Below, in pieces: positions 46,191 to 56,309 of a stretch of DNA of 64,000 nucleotides (its first letter is position 1; the number at the start of each line of letters is the position of its first letter). Source of the DNA: Longimicrobiales bacterium (GTDB taxonomy: Bacteria; Gemmatimonadota; Gemmatimonadetes; Longimicrobiales; Gaopeijiaceae); contig CBDAON010000004.1 in assembly GCA_965198065.1 (NCBI GenBank), positions 2,528,001 through 2,592,000 on the forward strand, read 5' to 3'. The notes beneath the pieces are model-generated. The model did not search any database. It was not told the DNA's origin and was given only the letters and a program-made list of their open reading frames with translations. Made by a program: the position numbers and the translations under genes.

Positions 46191-48228
46191 CCGAGCGGTT
46201 GGGGAGCTGGATCCAGAAGCGGCTCCCGTGGCTGGCCCCGGGCTCGACTCCCGCCGACCCTCCCATTCGCTCCATTCCACGGCGAACGATTGCGAGCCCG
46301 ATCCCAGTGCCCGGTCGCGACTGGGTCTTCGTCAGGCGCTCGAACGTCCGGAAGATCCGTTTGGTCTGCTCGGGCGGGACGCCCGTTCCGTTGTCCTCGA
46401 CCCACAGTCGGACCTCGGATTCCATGGGCTCGGCACGGATCCGCACTTCCGGGGGCACACCCTCCCTGGCGAACTTGACCGCGTTCGACACGAGATTCGC
46501 GACGACCTGGACGAGCGTCGTATGGTGGCCCCCGACGACCGGAAGCGCTCCCTCGACCTCAACGGTCGCTTTGGCCACCCGCACGTCGTCCTCCAGCTGC
46601 GCCAGCGCGACCGAGACCACGTCCGACAGATCGACGGCGGTGGGCTCGAGCTCCTGGATGCTCACGCGCGAGTATGTCAGGAGGTCCTCGATCAGCCGCT
46701 CCGCGAGCTCCCCGGACGCGAGGATGCGCCGAGCGTAGTCCGAGGCCTCCGGGTCCAGCTGCTCGCCGAAACGGCTGAGCAGCGTGTGGGCGAATCCCTC
46801 CATCGTGCGGAGCGGTGCCCTCAGGTCGTGCGACACGGTGTAGGCGAACGCCTCGAGCTCGCGGTTCGCCCGCTGGAGCTCCTCAGTGAGCGTGCGGTAC
46901 CGGGCCTCGTTCTCGCGGAGGGCCGCCACGGCCCCCACCCGATCCATGAACGTCGCGATGTAATTGGCCAGGCTGGATCCCCAGCGGAGTAAGCGCTCAT
47001 CGGGGGTGAACACCTCCGGCCTCGCGAGCGTGAGGACCCCGACGGCCTCACCGCGCATCAGGATCGGGAATGCGAGGACCGTTCCCTTTCCCACCTTGCG
47101 GATGAGCGGGCAGAGCACATGGGGGCGAAGGCTCGCGTCGCTGAGCACCTGGGGTGCACGGGACAGCAGCGCGCTTCCCGAGAGCGAATCGTCCACTGAG
47201 ACGAAGGGCTCCCGCGCGAGCTCCGCCATCGGGACTCCGCGCGCGGCCAGGAGTCTCAGGACGGGCTGACCTTCCTCCTTCCACTCGACGGCCGCCAACG
47301 GAGAGCCCGTGTCCCGGCAGATGATCTCCAGGATGTCGGGGAATCCCTCCTCGAGGGACTGCGAGAGCAGGGTGATCTCAGAGATCTGATGCAGGGTGCG
47401 AAGCTCCTGGTTCCGAGCCGCGAGCTCGATCTGATTCCGCTGCCGCTCGCTCACGTCCGAGATCACCCCGTCGATCCGAACAACGCGGCCCCCCGCCCTC
47501 CGTCCAGCACGCAGGGAGGCCTCGAGCCACTGGGGCTCGCCTCCCACGGACTCCCTGGAGATCGGGACGACGACGGATCGCTCGCCTTCACCCTCCTCCA
47601 GACCCGCGCGGATCGCCTTCGGATCGTGGCCCGGAATGAGCTCCGACCATCGCCCCGCGGCCAGGATGTCCGCCGGCGGGATCCCGTAGATGGACTCGAC
47701 CGACGGTGAGATCTGGATCAGGCGGTCCGCCTCCAGGTCCACCGAAAAGAACACGTCCCCGAGGCTCCAGAACGGGGCCTGGATCTCGCCGGTCGCGCGC
47801 TCGAGAGCAGCCTCCGCCTCGGCCCACTCGCTGCGGGCCCGGACCGAGTTCTCAGCCACCGCCAGGCGGACGTTCAGGAGCGCCACATCGAACGGCTTGG
47901 CCACGTAGTCGTCGGCGCCCGCGGCCAGGACTTCCTCGAGAGCGGGCGGCTCGCGCTTCCCCGTGACGACGAGGATCACCGGTCGGTCGCCGCCCGGCTC
48001 ACCCCTCAGCCCCCGGCAGAGCTCGAGGCCCGAGCCCTCGCCCAGGACCCAGTCGAGGACCACGAGCGGATGGCGATCCGTGCGCCAGGCCCCGAGGGCC
48101 TCGCGGGCTCCCTCGGAAGCTGTGACCATGTGACCGCGTGAGCGGAGGATCTCCGCCATGAGCCACCGATCCTCCGCGCTGTCCTCCACGACAAGGACGT
48201 GGAGTCCCCCGGGTTCCCGTGTCGTCAC
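46183..48228 (-). CDS. Hybrid sensor histidine kinase (REC-PAS-GAF-HisKA-HATPase)
   Basis: LVVEDS...LD...GADDYVAKPF receiver, ELEAFAYTVSHDLRAPLR H-box, NLVSNAVKF, DNGTG, GTGIGLAIV. Confidence 0.92.
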   Translation of the reverse strand: MTTREPGGLHVLVVEDSAEDRWLMAEILRSRGHMVTASEGAREALGAWRTDRHPLVVLDWVLGEGSGLELCRGLRGEPGGDRPVILVVTGKREPPALEEVLAAGADDYVAKPFDVALLNVRLAVAENSVRARSEWAEAEAALERATGEIQAPFWSLGDVFFSVDLEADRLIQISPSVESIYGIPPADILAAGRWSELIPGHDPKAIRAGLEEGEGERSVVVPISRESVGGEPQWLEASLRAGRRAGGRVVRIDGVISDVSERQRNQIELAARNQELRTLHQISEITLLSQSLEEGFPDILEIICRDTGSPLAAVEWKEEGQPVLRLLAARGVPMAELAREPFVSVDDSLSGSALLSRAPQVLSDASLRPHVLCPLIRKVGKGTVLAFPILMRGEAVGVLTLARPEVFTPDERLLRWGSSLANYIATFMDRVGAVAALRENEARYRTLTEELQRANRELEAFAYTVSHDLRAPLRTMEGFAHTLLSRFGEQLDPEASDYARRILASGELAERLIEDLLTYSRVSIQELEPTAVDLSDVVSVALAQLEDDVRVAKATVEVEGALPVVGGHHTTLVQVVANLVSNAVKFAREGVPPEVRIRAEPMESEVRLWVEDNGTGVPPEQTKRIFRTFERLTKTQSRPGTGIGLAIVRRGMERMGGSAGVEPGASHGSRFWIQLPNRSDA

Positions 48229-48232
48229 GCCG

Positions 48233-49375
48233 TCAGTCCCGTCCGGCGCGGGCCGCCGTGTAACCGAATCGGTCCGGAGACGTGTCTGAGGGGAGGAGAT
48301 CGCTCGTGCCCTCGGTGAGGACCTCTGCAACGGCAAGCGCCGTGACGGGGGCCAGAAGGATCCCGTTCCGAAAGTGGCCGGTCGCGACCACCAGACGGCC
48401 CTCCGTTCCCGCGACGGGACCGAGAACCGGGAGCCGGTCGGGCGTGGCCGGCCTGAGCCCGGCCCACATGTCCACGATCTCGGCCTCCGCCAGGTCCGGA
48501 CAAAGCTCGAGGGCCGCGCGAAGCAGCCCCGACACCCCCTCCGCGGTCATCGCCTTGGCGAACCCCGCGTCCTCCATTGTCGCTCCGACGAGGATGCGTC
48601 CATCGTCCCTGGGAACCAAGTAAACGTCGCCCGACTCGACCACCCGATCGAGCGCCATGGCGGTGGGTGCGAGAGAGAGCATCTGCCCGCGGACCGGTCG
48701 GATTGGGAGATGATCGGGAAGCCCTCCGACGCGCCCGGACCACGCCCCTGCCGAGAGGACCACGGTCCCGGCCGCGAGCGAGGACCCATCAGCGAAGCGA
48801 ACGACGGCGTCGGCGCCGCGCCACTCGACGCCCACGGCTTCGGTCCTTTCCCTTAGCTCCACCCCGGCCCGTTCGAGCGAGACGCGGAGCGCGTGCACGA
48901 GCGCCCGCCCGTCCACCCGACCGTCGTCGTGGAGGAGGAGGCCCCCCCGGACGGGCGCCCCGACGGGGGGCGCGATCTCGCGCACTTCGAGGGCGTCCAG
49001 GCGCTCGGCTCGTAGGCCGTGCCGCTCCGCGAGCACGCGAATCCCCTCGAGCCTTGCCATCTCGGCCTCGGTCCGGGCGACGCAGAGCTTCCCGCAAAGC
49101 CGGAGCTCGACCCGAGTGCCGGACTCCGCCTCCAGCTCTTCGACCCAACCCGGGTAGGCCTCGGCGCTCCGTAGGGCCAGGTCGAGAAAGGGCCCGGGGC
49201 CGTCGGCTTCCACGACGGGGGAGAGCATCCCGGCGGCCGCCCACGTCGCCTCGCGTCCGGCCTCGCCCCGCTCGACGAGGGTCACACGACCGCCTCGCCG
49301 GGCTGCCTCGCGAGCGATGGCGAGACCGATGACTCCACCGCCGATGACCAGCACGTCTGGAAGGGTTTGCCTCAT
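48233..49375 (-). CDS. thiO: Glycine oxidase
   Basis: GGGVIG, ATWAAAGML, PVRGQM, YLVPR.DG, WAGLRP.TPD, TGHFRNGILLAP.TA. Confidence 0.88.
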   Translation of the reverse strand: MRQTLPDVLVIGGGVIGLAIAREAARRGGRVTLVERGEAGREATWAAAGMLSPVVEADGPGPFLDLALRSAEAYPGWVEELEAESGTRVELRLCGKLCVARTEAEMARLEGIRVLAERHGLRAERLDALEVREIAPPVGAPVRGGLLLHDDGRVDGRALVHALRVSLERAGVELRERTEAVGVEWRGADAVVRFADGSSLAAGTVVLSAGAWSGRVGGLPDHLPIRPVRGQMLSLAPTAMALDRVVESGDVYLVPRDDGRILVGATMEDAGFAKAMTAEGVSGLLRAALELCPDLAEAEIVDMWAGLRPATPDRLPVLGPVAGTEGRLVVATGHFRNGILLAPVTALAVAEVLTEGTSDLLPSDTSPDRFGYTAARAGRD

Positions 49376-49494
49376 GGTTGCTCAGGAACCCCGCGCCGAA
49401 CGTGGCGGTTCCGGACCGTGCACGGCACCCCGGGCCTCGCGCGAAGGTCCGGCGTGTGTGGCGTGAGCCCGCCTCGTCCCTGGGGAGATGACCC

Positions 49495-49571
49495 TTGACC
49501 GGGTTTGCCCCTGCCTCCTAAGTTGTCTCCCGTATTGCCACTATGTCCCACTTTCTACCACGGCATACCAC
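49495..49571 (+). promoter_or_regulatory. dcw promoter with MraZ-box-like repeats
   Basis: TTGACC (49495), 18-bp spacer, TAAGTT (49519); CCAC at 49538, 49548, 49558, 49568 (GTGG on the minus strand, 10-bp period). Confidence 0.75.
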
Positions 49572-49585
49572 CGTGCGGGGGGCGG

Positions 49586-50026
49586 GTGACGGGGTTTCTC
49601 GGGCGTTACGAGCATCAACTCGACTCGAAAGGTCGTGTGAGCCTCCCTTCGGAATACCGAAGGAAGGCCGACGTAGCGCGTTTCGTCCTCATCCAGTGGG
49701 AGCCCACGAACCTAACTCTCTTTCCGGATGACGTATGGGCTGACGTGAAGAGCCGGCTGCTCGGGTTGCGGCGTGAGCGCCCGGACATGGCGCGCCTGCT
49801 AAGGGAGGTCACCTCCCGCGCCACGCAAGTCGAGCCGGACAAGCAGGGGAGGATCCTGATCCCTGCATGGTTCAAGGAGCGAGTCCAGCTGGACGGGGCC
49901 GTGCTCCTCGTCGGGGCGATGGACCGGATCGAGATCTGGGACCCGGATACGTTCCGAAGACACCATCCGGACGACCTCGAGACCGACCCGGGGCGGGCGG
50001 CGGAGTTGCACCGGATCTTCGGGTAA
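49586..50026 (+). CDS. mraZ: Division/cell-wall cluster repressor MraZ
   Basis: FLGRYEHQLDSKGRVSLP, DKQGRILIP, DRIEIWD. Confidence 0.95.
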   Translation: MTGFLGRYEHQLDSKGRVSLPSEYRRKADVARFVLIQWEPTNLTLFPDDVWADVKSRLLGLRRERPDMARLLREVTSRATQVEPDKQGRILIPAWFKERVQLDGAVLLVGAMDRIEIWDPDTFRRHHPDDLETDPGRAAELHRIFG

Positions 50027-50035
50027 ACGGCGACC

Positions 50036-50962
50036 GTGCGGTACCACGAACCCGTACTGGTCCAGGAGGTCCTAGACCTCCTGGAGCCGGCGGAAAGGGG
50101 CGAGATCATGGATGGCACGGTGGGTGGAGGAGGACATGCACGTGCCCTCCTCGAGCGCTTTCCGGCCTGCCGGCTCCTGGCCGTGGATCGCGATCCCGAG
50201 GCGCTAAACGAGACGCGAACCGTGCTCGCACCCTACGTCGATCGCATGCGCTTCGTGGAGGCGCGCTTCGACGCGGTGGCTCGGGAGGCCGCCGCGGACG
50301 GGCCCTCGCTTTCGGGGGCGCTCCTCGATCTCGGCGTGAGCGCCCGCCACCTGGACGACAAGGCCCGGGGGTTCAGCTTTCGCCCCGACGCTCCCCTCGA
50401 CATGCGGATGTCCGGCCCCGGCGGGGAAGAGGAGACGGCCGCGGAGATCCTGAACCGGGCGAGCGAGGACGAGTTGCGCCGCGTTTTCCGGGAGCAGGGA
50501 GAGGTTCCCCGCGCGGGTCGGCTCGCCAAGGCCGTCACGCTCCTCCGGCGGGACCGGCCCTTCCGGATGGCCGCGGATCTCGTCCAAGCGATCCAGAAGG
50601 CCCTGGGTCGGCCGCCCCGGCCGAGGGAGAGCGCGCGGGTCTTCCAGGCTCTCCGGATCGAGGTGAACCGGGAGCTCGAGTCGCTCGAGGCCGCGCTCCC
50701 ATATATGAAGGACGCGCTCCTCCCCGGCGGGGTCCTCGCCGTGATCTCGTACCACTCGCTTGAGGACCGTCGGGTCAAGGAGAAGCTCGCGGCATGGAGC
50801 CGGGGCTGCGTGTGCCCTCCAGATCTCCCCGTGTGTGCCTGTGGCCGAGAGCCGGGAGGCACGATCCTGAACCGGCGGGTCATCCGCCCCACGCAGGCCG
50901 AAGTGGAGCGGAACCCTCGAGCGAGGAGCGCGCGCCTCCGCGGATGGAGGAAGGCGGCGTGA
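50036..50962 (+). CDS. rsmH: 16S rRNA m4C1402 methyltransferase
   Basis: HEPVL, DGTVGGGGHA, DLGVS, PLDMRM, FQALRIEVN.EL, SYHSLEDR, NPRARSARLR. Confidence 0.97.
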   Translation: MRYHEPVLVQEVLDLLEPAERGEIMDGTVGGGGHARALLERFPACRLLAVDRDPEALNETRTVLAPYVDRMRFVEARFDAVAREAAADGPSLSGALLDLGVSARHLDDKARGFSFRPDAPLDMRMSGPGGEEETAAEILNRASEDELRRVFREQGEVPRAGRLAKAVTLLRRDRPFRMAADLVQAIQKALGRPPRPRESARVFQALRIEVNRELESLEAALPYMKDALLPGGVLAVISYHSLEDRRVKEKLAAWSRGCVCPPDLPVCACGREPGGTILNRRVIRPTQAEVERNPRARSARLRGWRKAA

Positions 50963-51246
50963 GGCTGCGGCGCCTGGCCCTCGCGACCCTGGCGGCCGTT
51001 CTCCTCCTCTCGGCCCTGGGTCTCGTGGCGTGGAGGCAGGCCCGGGCACTTGAGCGCCTGGAGGAGTTGGACGGGCTTGAGCGAGGGATCTCGCTCCTTC
51101 TCGCCGAGCGCGACGAGCTCCAGAGCCGGGTCCGGGCACTTGAGAGCCGGGGGCACGTCGGGCCCGTCGCGCGAGATCGACTCGGCATGCGGACCCCGAG
51201 CGACGAGGCGGGCGAGATCGTGCTCCTCCCCGGGGTGACGCCGTGA
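50959..51246 (+). CDS. ftsL: Cell division protein FtsL
   Basis: One TM helix plus coiled coil, ARDRLGM; lies between rsmH and ftsI. Confidence 0.8.
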   Translation: MRLRRLALATLAAVLLLSALGLVAWRQARALERLEELDGLERGISLLLAERDELQSRVRALESRGHVGPVARDRLGMRTPSDEAGEIVLLPGVTP

Positions 51247-53378
51247 CGCGCCGGCGTGGCGGCTCCCCGAGGGAGAAGCTCCCATACGCGGCTCCGCCCT
51301 GGAGGCGGCGACTCCTCCTCGGGGTCTGGCTCGCCAGCGGCATGGCGCTCCTCGCACGTTCCGTCCAGGTCCAGGTCGTTGAGGGCGCCCACTGGAACGC
51401 CCAGGCCGAGGGCCAGCAACGCATGAACGCCGAGGTGGCCGCGGGGCGGGGGGCGATCCTCGACCGCTCGGGGGTGGCGCTGGTCGTCTCGCACGAGACC
51501 TTCCGGGTGGCCGTCGCGCCCCAGGAGCTCGAGAACCGGGCCGAGGCCGCGAGCCTTCTCGCTCCCGCCCTAGGGATTCCCCTTGGCGATGCTCGCCGGA
51601 TCACGTCCTACGCCCGCCCCTGGGTCCAGCTTCCGGGCCGCTACTCGCCCGCCGTTCGAGAAGCGCTCACGCGTCTTCGCGGCGTCTACGTCGAGCGGGA
51701 CATCCAGAGGTTCAATCCGCACGGATCGCTGGCCCGCGGGCTTCTCGGCACGGTGGTGGATCACGCGGGTCTGGGGGGAGTGGAGGAGGAGTTCGAGGAG
51801 CTTCTGAGAGGCACGCCCGGAGCCGAAGTGGTGGCCCGGGATTCCGAGGGTCGGCCGGTTCCCGGAGAGACGTCGGTGATCCGGCCGCCGCGCGCGGGGG
51901 GGTCCGTGGTGCTCACCCTCGACGTGGGCCTGCAGGAGATCGCGCGCGAGGCGCTCGATCGGGCCCTGAGGGAGAACGCGGCCACTGGGGGCGACCTGCT
52001 CATAACGGACCCCCGTACGGGCGAGATCCTCGCGATGGTCTCCCTCCGGGACGGGAGCCCCGATTACCTGGGGGCTATCAGCACGCCGTACGAGCCGGGA
52101 TCGACCCTGAAGCCGTTCACGGTCGCCGCCCTCCTCCGGGAAGGTCGGGCGACCCTGGGAGACTCGGTGCGCACGGAAGACGGGTCCTGGCTCGTTCACG
52201 GCCGGCAGATCACCGATGTCTCCCTCGTGGGCACCGTGACCCTGGCCCGTGCTCTCCAGCTGTCTTCGAACGTGGGGATCGCGAAGGCCGCGAGCGCTCT
52301 CACGCCCGACGAGCAGTTCGAGGGCCTTCGCGACTTCGGGTTCGGTGTCGAGACCGGCGTCCCGCTGTCCGGGGAGGCGGAGGGTACCCTGAGGCGGCCT
52401 TCGGAGTGGTCGCTCCAGTCCCCGGCGTCGCTCGCAATCGGTTACGAGATCGCGGTGACGCCGATCCAGCTCGTCATGGCGTACGGCGCGCTCGCGAACG
52501 GGGGCGTGCTCATGGAGCCGCGCCTCGTGAAGGAGATCCGGGACGAAGAGGGGAGAGTCCTGGAGCAGATCGAGCCCCGAGCCGTCCGGAGAGTCGTATC
52601 GGAGGACGTAGCCGACGACATCAAACGCACGCTCGTCGGGGCCGTCGAGCTCGGGACCGGGACCCGCGCGCGACTCTCCTCGTTCACCGTGGCCGGTAAG
52701 AGCGGCACGAGCCGCGCATACGGAGAGGACGGGTACGACACGGGTGAGTACTTCGCGTCGTTCGTCGGATTCTTTCCGGCCGAGGATCCCCAGCTCGTCA
52801 TTTACGTGAAGTTGGAGAGGCCGAGCGCGGACGCCTACTACGGCGGCCAGACGGCCGCGCCCGTGACCCGGGCCACGCTCGAGGCGATTCTGGCGGCCCG
52901 TAACCCGCCCCTCGACCGAGGGGCTCTGGCCGTCGTCGCCAGGGAACAGCGATCGGCTTCGCCGGCCACAGACTGCTGCCGGCCGGGGATGTCCCCTCGG
53001 CCCGCGTTCGCGTCCACCCTCTCCGCGCACGAGCCGGACGGGGCAACGAGCTCGCCCGTCGGCGAGGGGGCGCTCACGGAGTCGGCGGGGATTGACTCCA
53101 CCAGGGAGTCGTCGAGCGCTCCGGCGGGCTCCGACTCGCAAATCGCGGTGCCCGACGTTCGCGGCCTCTCTCCCCGCGCGGCGGCTCGGCGTCTGCACTT
53201 CATGGGGCTCGGCGTGGAGTGGGACGGGAGCGCCCCTCTCACCGGGACGGCGCCCGAGGCCGGGGCGTTCGTTTCCCCGGGAGCAACGGTCCGGCTCCTG
53301 CCGACGACCCGTCTCACGCGACCGCCGCTCCCTCGGTCGGTCCAGGGGGAGGAGCTCCGGGGGGATCGCGATGGATGA
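51243..53378 (+). CDS. ftsI: Peptidoglycan transpeptidase PBP3 with C-terminal PASTA domain
   Basis: RGAILDR, YEPGSTLK (SxxK), SSN, KSGT, VPDVRGLS. Confidence 0.93.
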   Translation: MTRRRGGSPREKLPYAAPPWRRRLLLGVWLASGMALLARSVQVQVVEGAHWNAQAEGQQRMNAEVAAGRGAILDRSGVALVVSHETFRVAVAPQELENRAEAASLLAPALGIPLGDARRITSYARPWVQLPGRYSPAVREALTRLRGVYVERDIQRFNPHGSLARGLLGTVVDHAGLGGVEEEFEELLRGTPGAEVVARDSEGRPVPGETSVIRPPRAGGSVVLTLDVGLQEIAREALDRALRENAATGGDLLITDPRTGEILAMVSLRDGSPDYLGAISTPYEPGSTLKPFTVAALLREGRATLGDSVRTEDGSWLVHGRQITDVSLVGTVTLARALQLSSNVGIAKAASALTPDEQFEGLRDFGFGVETGVPLSGEAEGTLRRPSEWSLQSPASLAIGYEIAVTPIQLVMAYGALANGGVLMEPRLVKEIRDEEGRVLEQIEPRAVRRVVSEDVADDIKRTLVGAVELGTGTRARLSSFTVAGKSGTSRAYGEDGYDTGEYFASFVGFFPAEDPQLVIYVKLERPSADAYYGGQTAAPVTRATLEAILAARNPPLDRGALAVVAREQRSASPATDCCRPGMSPRPAFASTLSAHEPDGATSSPVGEGALTESAGIDSTRESSSAPAGSDSQIAVPDVRGLSPRAAARRLHFMGLGVEWDGSAPLTGTAPEAGAFVSPGATVRLLPTTRLTRPPLPRSVQGEELRGDRDG

Positions 53379-54888
53379 GGCGTCCATGACGCTCGCCGAG
53401 CTGGCCGAGTCCCTTCGGGAGGAGGCGATCGCTGTCGAGCTGAGGGGCGACGGGGACGTGCCCGTCTCGTCGGCTGACCAGGACTCCCGGTCCATTTCCA
53501 GCGGGCAGCTCTTCCTGGCATGGCGAGGCACGACGAGGGACGCGCACGACTTCGTACACGACGCGGCAGGGCGTGGCGCGGCCGCGGCGATCGTGGAGCG
53601 GTTTGTGGATGTCGTCCTGCCCCAGCTCCGGGTGGACGACGGACGGCGCGCCGCGGCCATCGCGGCCCAGCTCCTCTCCGGGGATCCAACCCGTCACTTG
53701 CGCGTCGCGGCCGTCACCGGGACCAACGGGAAGACGACCACCGTGCTCCTCTCCCGGCACCTCCTGTCCCGGCTCGGGCCCGCGGCCGCCATAGGGACGC
53801 TGGGGGTCACGGGGCCGGACGGCGCCACCCGTCCCGGCACGGAAGGGCTCACGACGCCCGGGCCGGTCCAGATCGCGAGAGTGCTCGATGGGCTACGGGA
53901 CGAGGGCGTCGTGGCGGTCTGCCTCGAGGCCTCGTCCCACGCGCTAGATCAGCGCCGCCTGGACGGGATCCGCGTGGACGTGGCCGTGTTCACGAATCTG
54001 ACGAGCGACCACCTGGACTACCATCTCAACCGTCAGGCTTACCTGGACGCCAAGGCCCGCCTCCTGCTCCTCGTTCGCGAGGGTGGGGCCGTCATGGTCA
54101 ACGGGGACGATCCGGCCTGGGCGGAGCTGCCGACCGTGCGAGTCCGCCTCCTCGTCGGCCGCCTGGAGACGGAGGAGCCGAAGGGAATCCCGCGCGCCGG
54201 GGGCGAGCGCCTTCCGGATCTCGTCGCCGACGACGTGGAGCTCACGGGGGAAGGGAGCCGCTTCCGGGTCCGGTGCGGTGGTGACGATGTAGTGGTCTCC
54301 CTTCCCCTCCTCGGGCGCTTCAACGTCGAGAACGCGCTCGCGGCGGTGGGCACCGCCCTCCTCATGGGGATGAGCCTGGAGGACGCCGCCCTCGCGCTCA
54401 CGGACGCTCCGCAGCCGCGGGGACGTCTCGAGGTGACGGTCCGCGAGCCCGTCCCCGTGATCCTCGACTACGCCCACACGCCCCACGCGCTCGAGCGCGC
54501 CCTCGAGACTGTCCGTCCACTCTATCCCGGCCGGCTCGTGCTCGTCTTCGGGGCGGGAGGGGACCGGGATCGCGGGAAGCGTCCGGAGATGGGAGGCGCG
54601 GCAGTGAGGGGAGCGGACCTCATTATCGTGACGTCGGACAACCCCCGGACCGAGGATCCCGAAACAATCATCGACGAGATCGAGTCGGGAATGGGGGGGG
54701 CGTCGTTCGAGCGGATCGCGGACCGTCGGGAGGCGATCGCTCGAGCACTCGAGGTGGCGCGCCCGGGGGACGCGGTCCTTCTGGCGGGGAAGGGGCACGA
54801 GACCTACCAGATCATAGGCACCGACCGGCGGCCCTTCGACGAGCGCGAAGTGGTGCGCAACATCCTGAGCTCGGGGAGGGCCGCGTGA
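53371..54888 (+). CDS. murE: UDP-MurNAc-tripeptide synthetase (meso-DAP type)
   Basis: TGTNGKTT, EASSHAL, DHLDYH, DYAHTP, GDRDRGKRPEM, DNPR, GKGHE. Confidence 0.96.
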   Translation: MDEASMTLAELAESLREEAIAVELRGDGDVPVSSADQDSRSISSGQLFLAWRGTTRDAHDFVHDAAGRGAAAAIVERFVDVVLPQLRVDDGRRAAAIAAQLLSGDPTRHLRVAAVTGTNGKTTTVLLSRHLLSRLGPAAAIGTLGVTGPDGATRPGTEGLTTPGPVQIARVLDGLRDEGVVAVCLEASSHALDQRRLDGIRVDVAVFTNLTSDHLDYHLNRQAYLDAKARLLLLVREGGAVMVNGDDPAWAELPTVRVRLLVGRLETEEPKGIPRAGGERLPDLVADDVELTGEGSRFRVRCGGDDVVVSLPLLGRFNVENALAAVGTALLMGMSLEDAALALTDAPQPRGRLEVTVREPVPVILDYAHTPHALERALETVRPLYPGRLVLVFGAGGDRDRGKRPEMGGAAVRGADLIIVTSDNPRTEDPETIIDEIESGMGGASFERIADRREAIARALEVARPGDAVLLAGKGHETYQIIGTDRRPFDEREVVRNILSSGRAA

Positions 54889-56309
54889 GCCCGGCGTTCC
54901 CCTGGACCGACTCGACCGTGCGGGACGCGCTGGGCCTGCCCCCTCCGCTTGTTGGCGGGAGCCCGGCCAGCGCGGGCGAGGCCACGTTCTCGGGGATTTC
55001 GACCGACACACGAACGTCCGGTCGGGGCGCTCTGTTCGTGGCGCTCGTTGGGGAGCGCTTCGACGGGCACGACTTCCTGCGGCAGGCCGAAGCCCGGGAG
55101 ATGGGCGCGGCCGTGGTCTCTCGCGAGCCCCAGGGCGCGACCTCCCTCCCGCTCTACCACGTGGAGGACACCCTGGTCGCGCTCGGTGCGCTCGCGCGCT
55201 ACCGCCGGCGGGCGCTTCCCGCGCGGGTCGCGGCCGTGACCGGATCGTCCGGAAAGACGGCCGTGAAGGACCTCGTCACGGCCTCCCTCTCGGGCACGTT
55301 CCGGGTGCACGCCACCCAGGGGAACCTGAATAACCGGGTGGGCCTGCCCCTCACGCTGCTCTCGGCGCCCGAGGACGCCGAGGTCGTCGTCCTTGAGATG
55401 GGGACCAGCGTACCCGGCGAGATCGCAGTCCTCACCGAGATCGCGGACCCGGACGCGGGGCTCGTCACCACGGTGTCCGAAGCGCACCTCGAGGGGCTGG
55501 GGTCGCTCGAGCGGGTGCTGGAGGAGAAGCTGGCGCTCCTCAGGGGCGCGAAGGACGATGCCGTGCTCGTAGTGGGAGACGAGCCCCCGGCCCTCCCCCG
55601 GCGCGCTCGGGAGCTCCGTCCGGACGTGCACGTCGCGGGCGTGTCCGAACGGGCGGACGCCGATCTCAGAGGGGAGCTCGGAGACCCCGGGCCGGAGGGT
55701 CGCCGGCGCGTCCGCTTCTGGGACCGGGATATCGAGGGCGGGCTTCCCGGAAAGCACGGGGCGAAGAACCTGGTCCTGGCTCTGGCCCTGGCGAAGCTGA
55801 TGGGCGCTCCGGCCGACACGGCGGTCCGGGGGGCGTCCGGCGTGAGGGCCGGAAAGCTTCGGGGTGAGATTCGCGCCGTCGGAGGGCTCACTCTCCTTCT
55901 CGACTGTTACAACGCGAACCCGCAGTCCGTCGTGGCCGCCCTGGACCTGCTGGGGGATCTTCCCGCGCCGCAGGGGCGCGTGGCCTTCCTCGCGAGCATG
56001 CTCGAGCTGGGCGAGCGATCGGCAGTCCTCCACCGGCAGGTGCTGGAGCGGGCCATGAGTCTCCCGCTTGAGATCATCGTGGCGGCGGGAGCGTTCGCGA
56101 GCGCCGCATCCGAGCTGGGCGAGGGAGCTGGTCCTCGTCTCGTCCCGGCCTCGACGCCCGACGAAGGATACAACGCGCTTCGGCAGTACCTGAGAGGCTC
56201 CGAGACCGTGCTCCTCAAGGGCTCCCGGGGCATGCAGCTCGAGCGGCTCGTCCCGCGTTTCGAAGATGACTTCGGAGCGCGTCCCGGCGGCGAGCGGAAG
56301 GGGGCGTAG
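54885..56309 (+). CDS. murF: UDP-MurNAc-pentapeptide synthetase
   Basis: STDTR, FDGHDF, TGSSGKT, NLNNRVGLP, DCYNANP, MLELG, KGSRG. Confidence 0.96.
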   Translation: MSPAFPWTDSTVRDALGLPPPLVGGSPASAGEATFSGISTDTRTSGRGALFVALVGERFDGHDFLRQAEAREMGAAVVSREPQGATSLPLYHVEDTLVALGALARYRRRALPARVAAVTGSSGKTAVKDLVTASLSGTFRVHATQGNLNNRVGLPLTLLSAPEDAEVVVLEMGTSVPGEIAVLTEIADPDAGLVTTVSEAHLEGLGSLERVLEEKLALLRGAKDDAVLVVGDEPPALPRRARELRPDVHVAGVSERADADLRGELGDPGPEGRRRVRFWDRDIEGGLPGKHGAKNLVLALALAKLMGAPADTAVRGASGVRAGKLRGEIRAVGGLTLLLDCYNANPQSVVAALDLLGDLPAPQGRVAFLASMLELGERSAVLHRQVLERAMSLPLEIIVAAGAFASAASELGEGAGPRLVPASTPDEGYNALRQYLRGSETVLLKGSRGMQLERLVPRFEDDFGARPGGERKGA

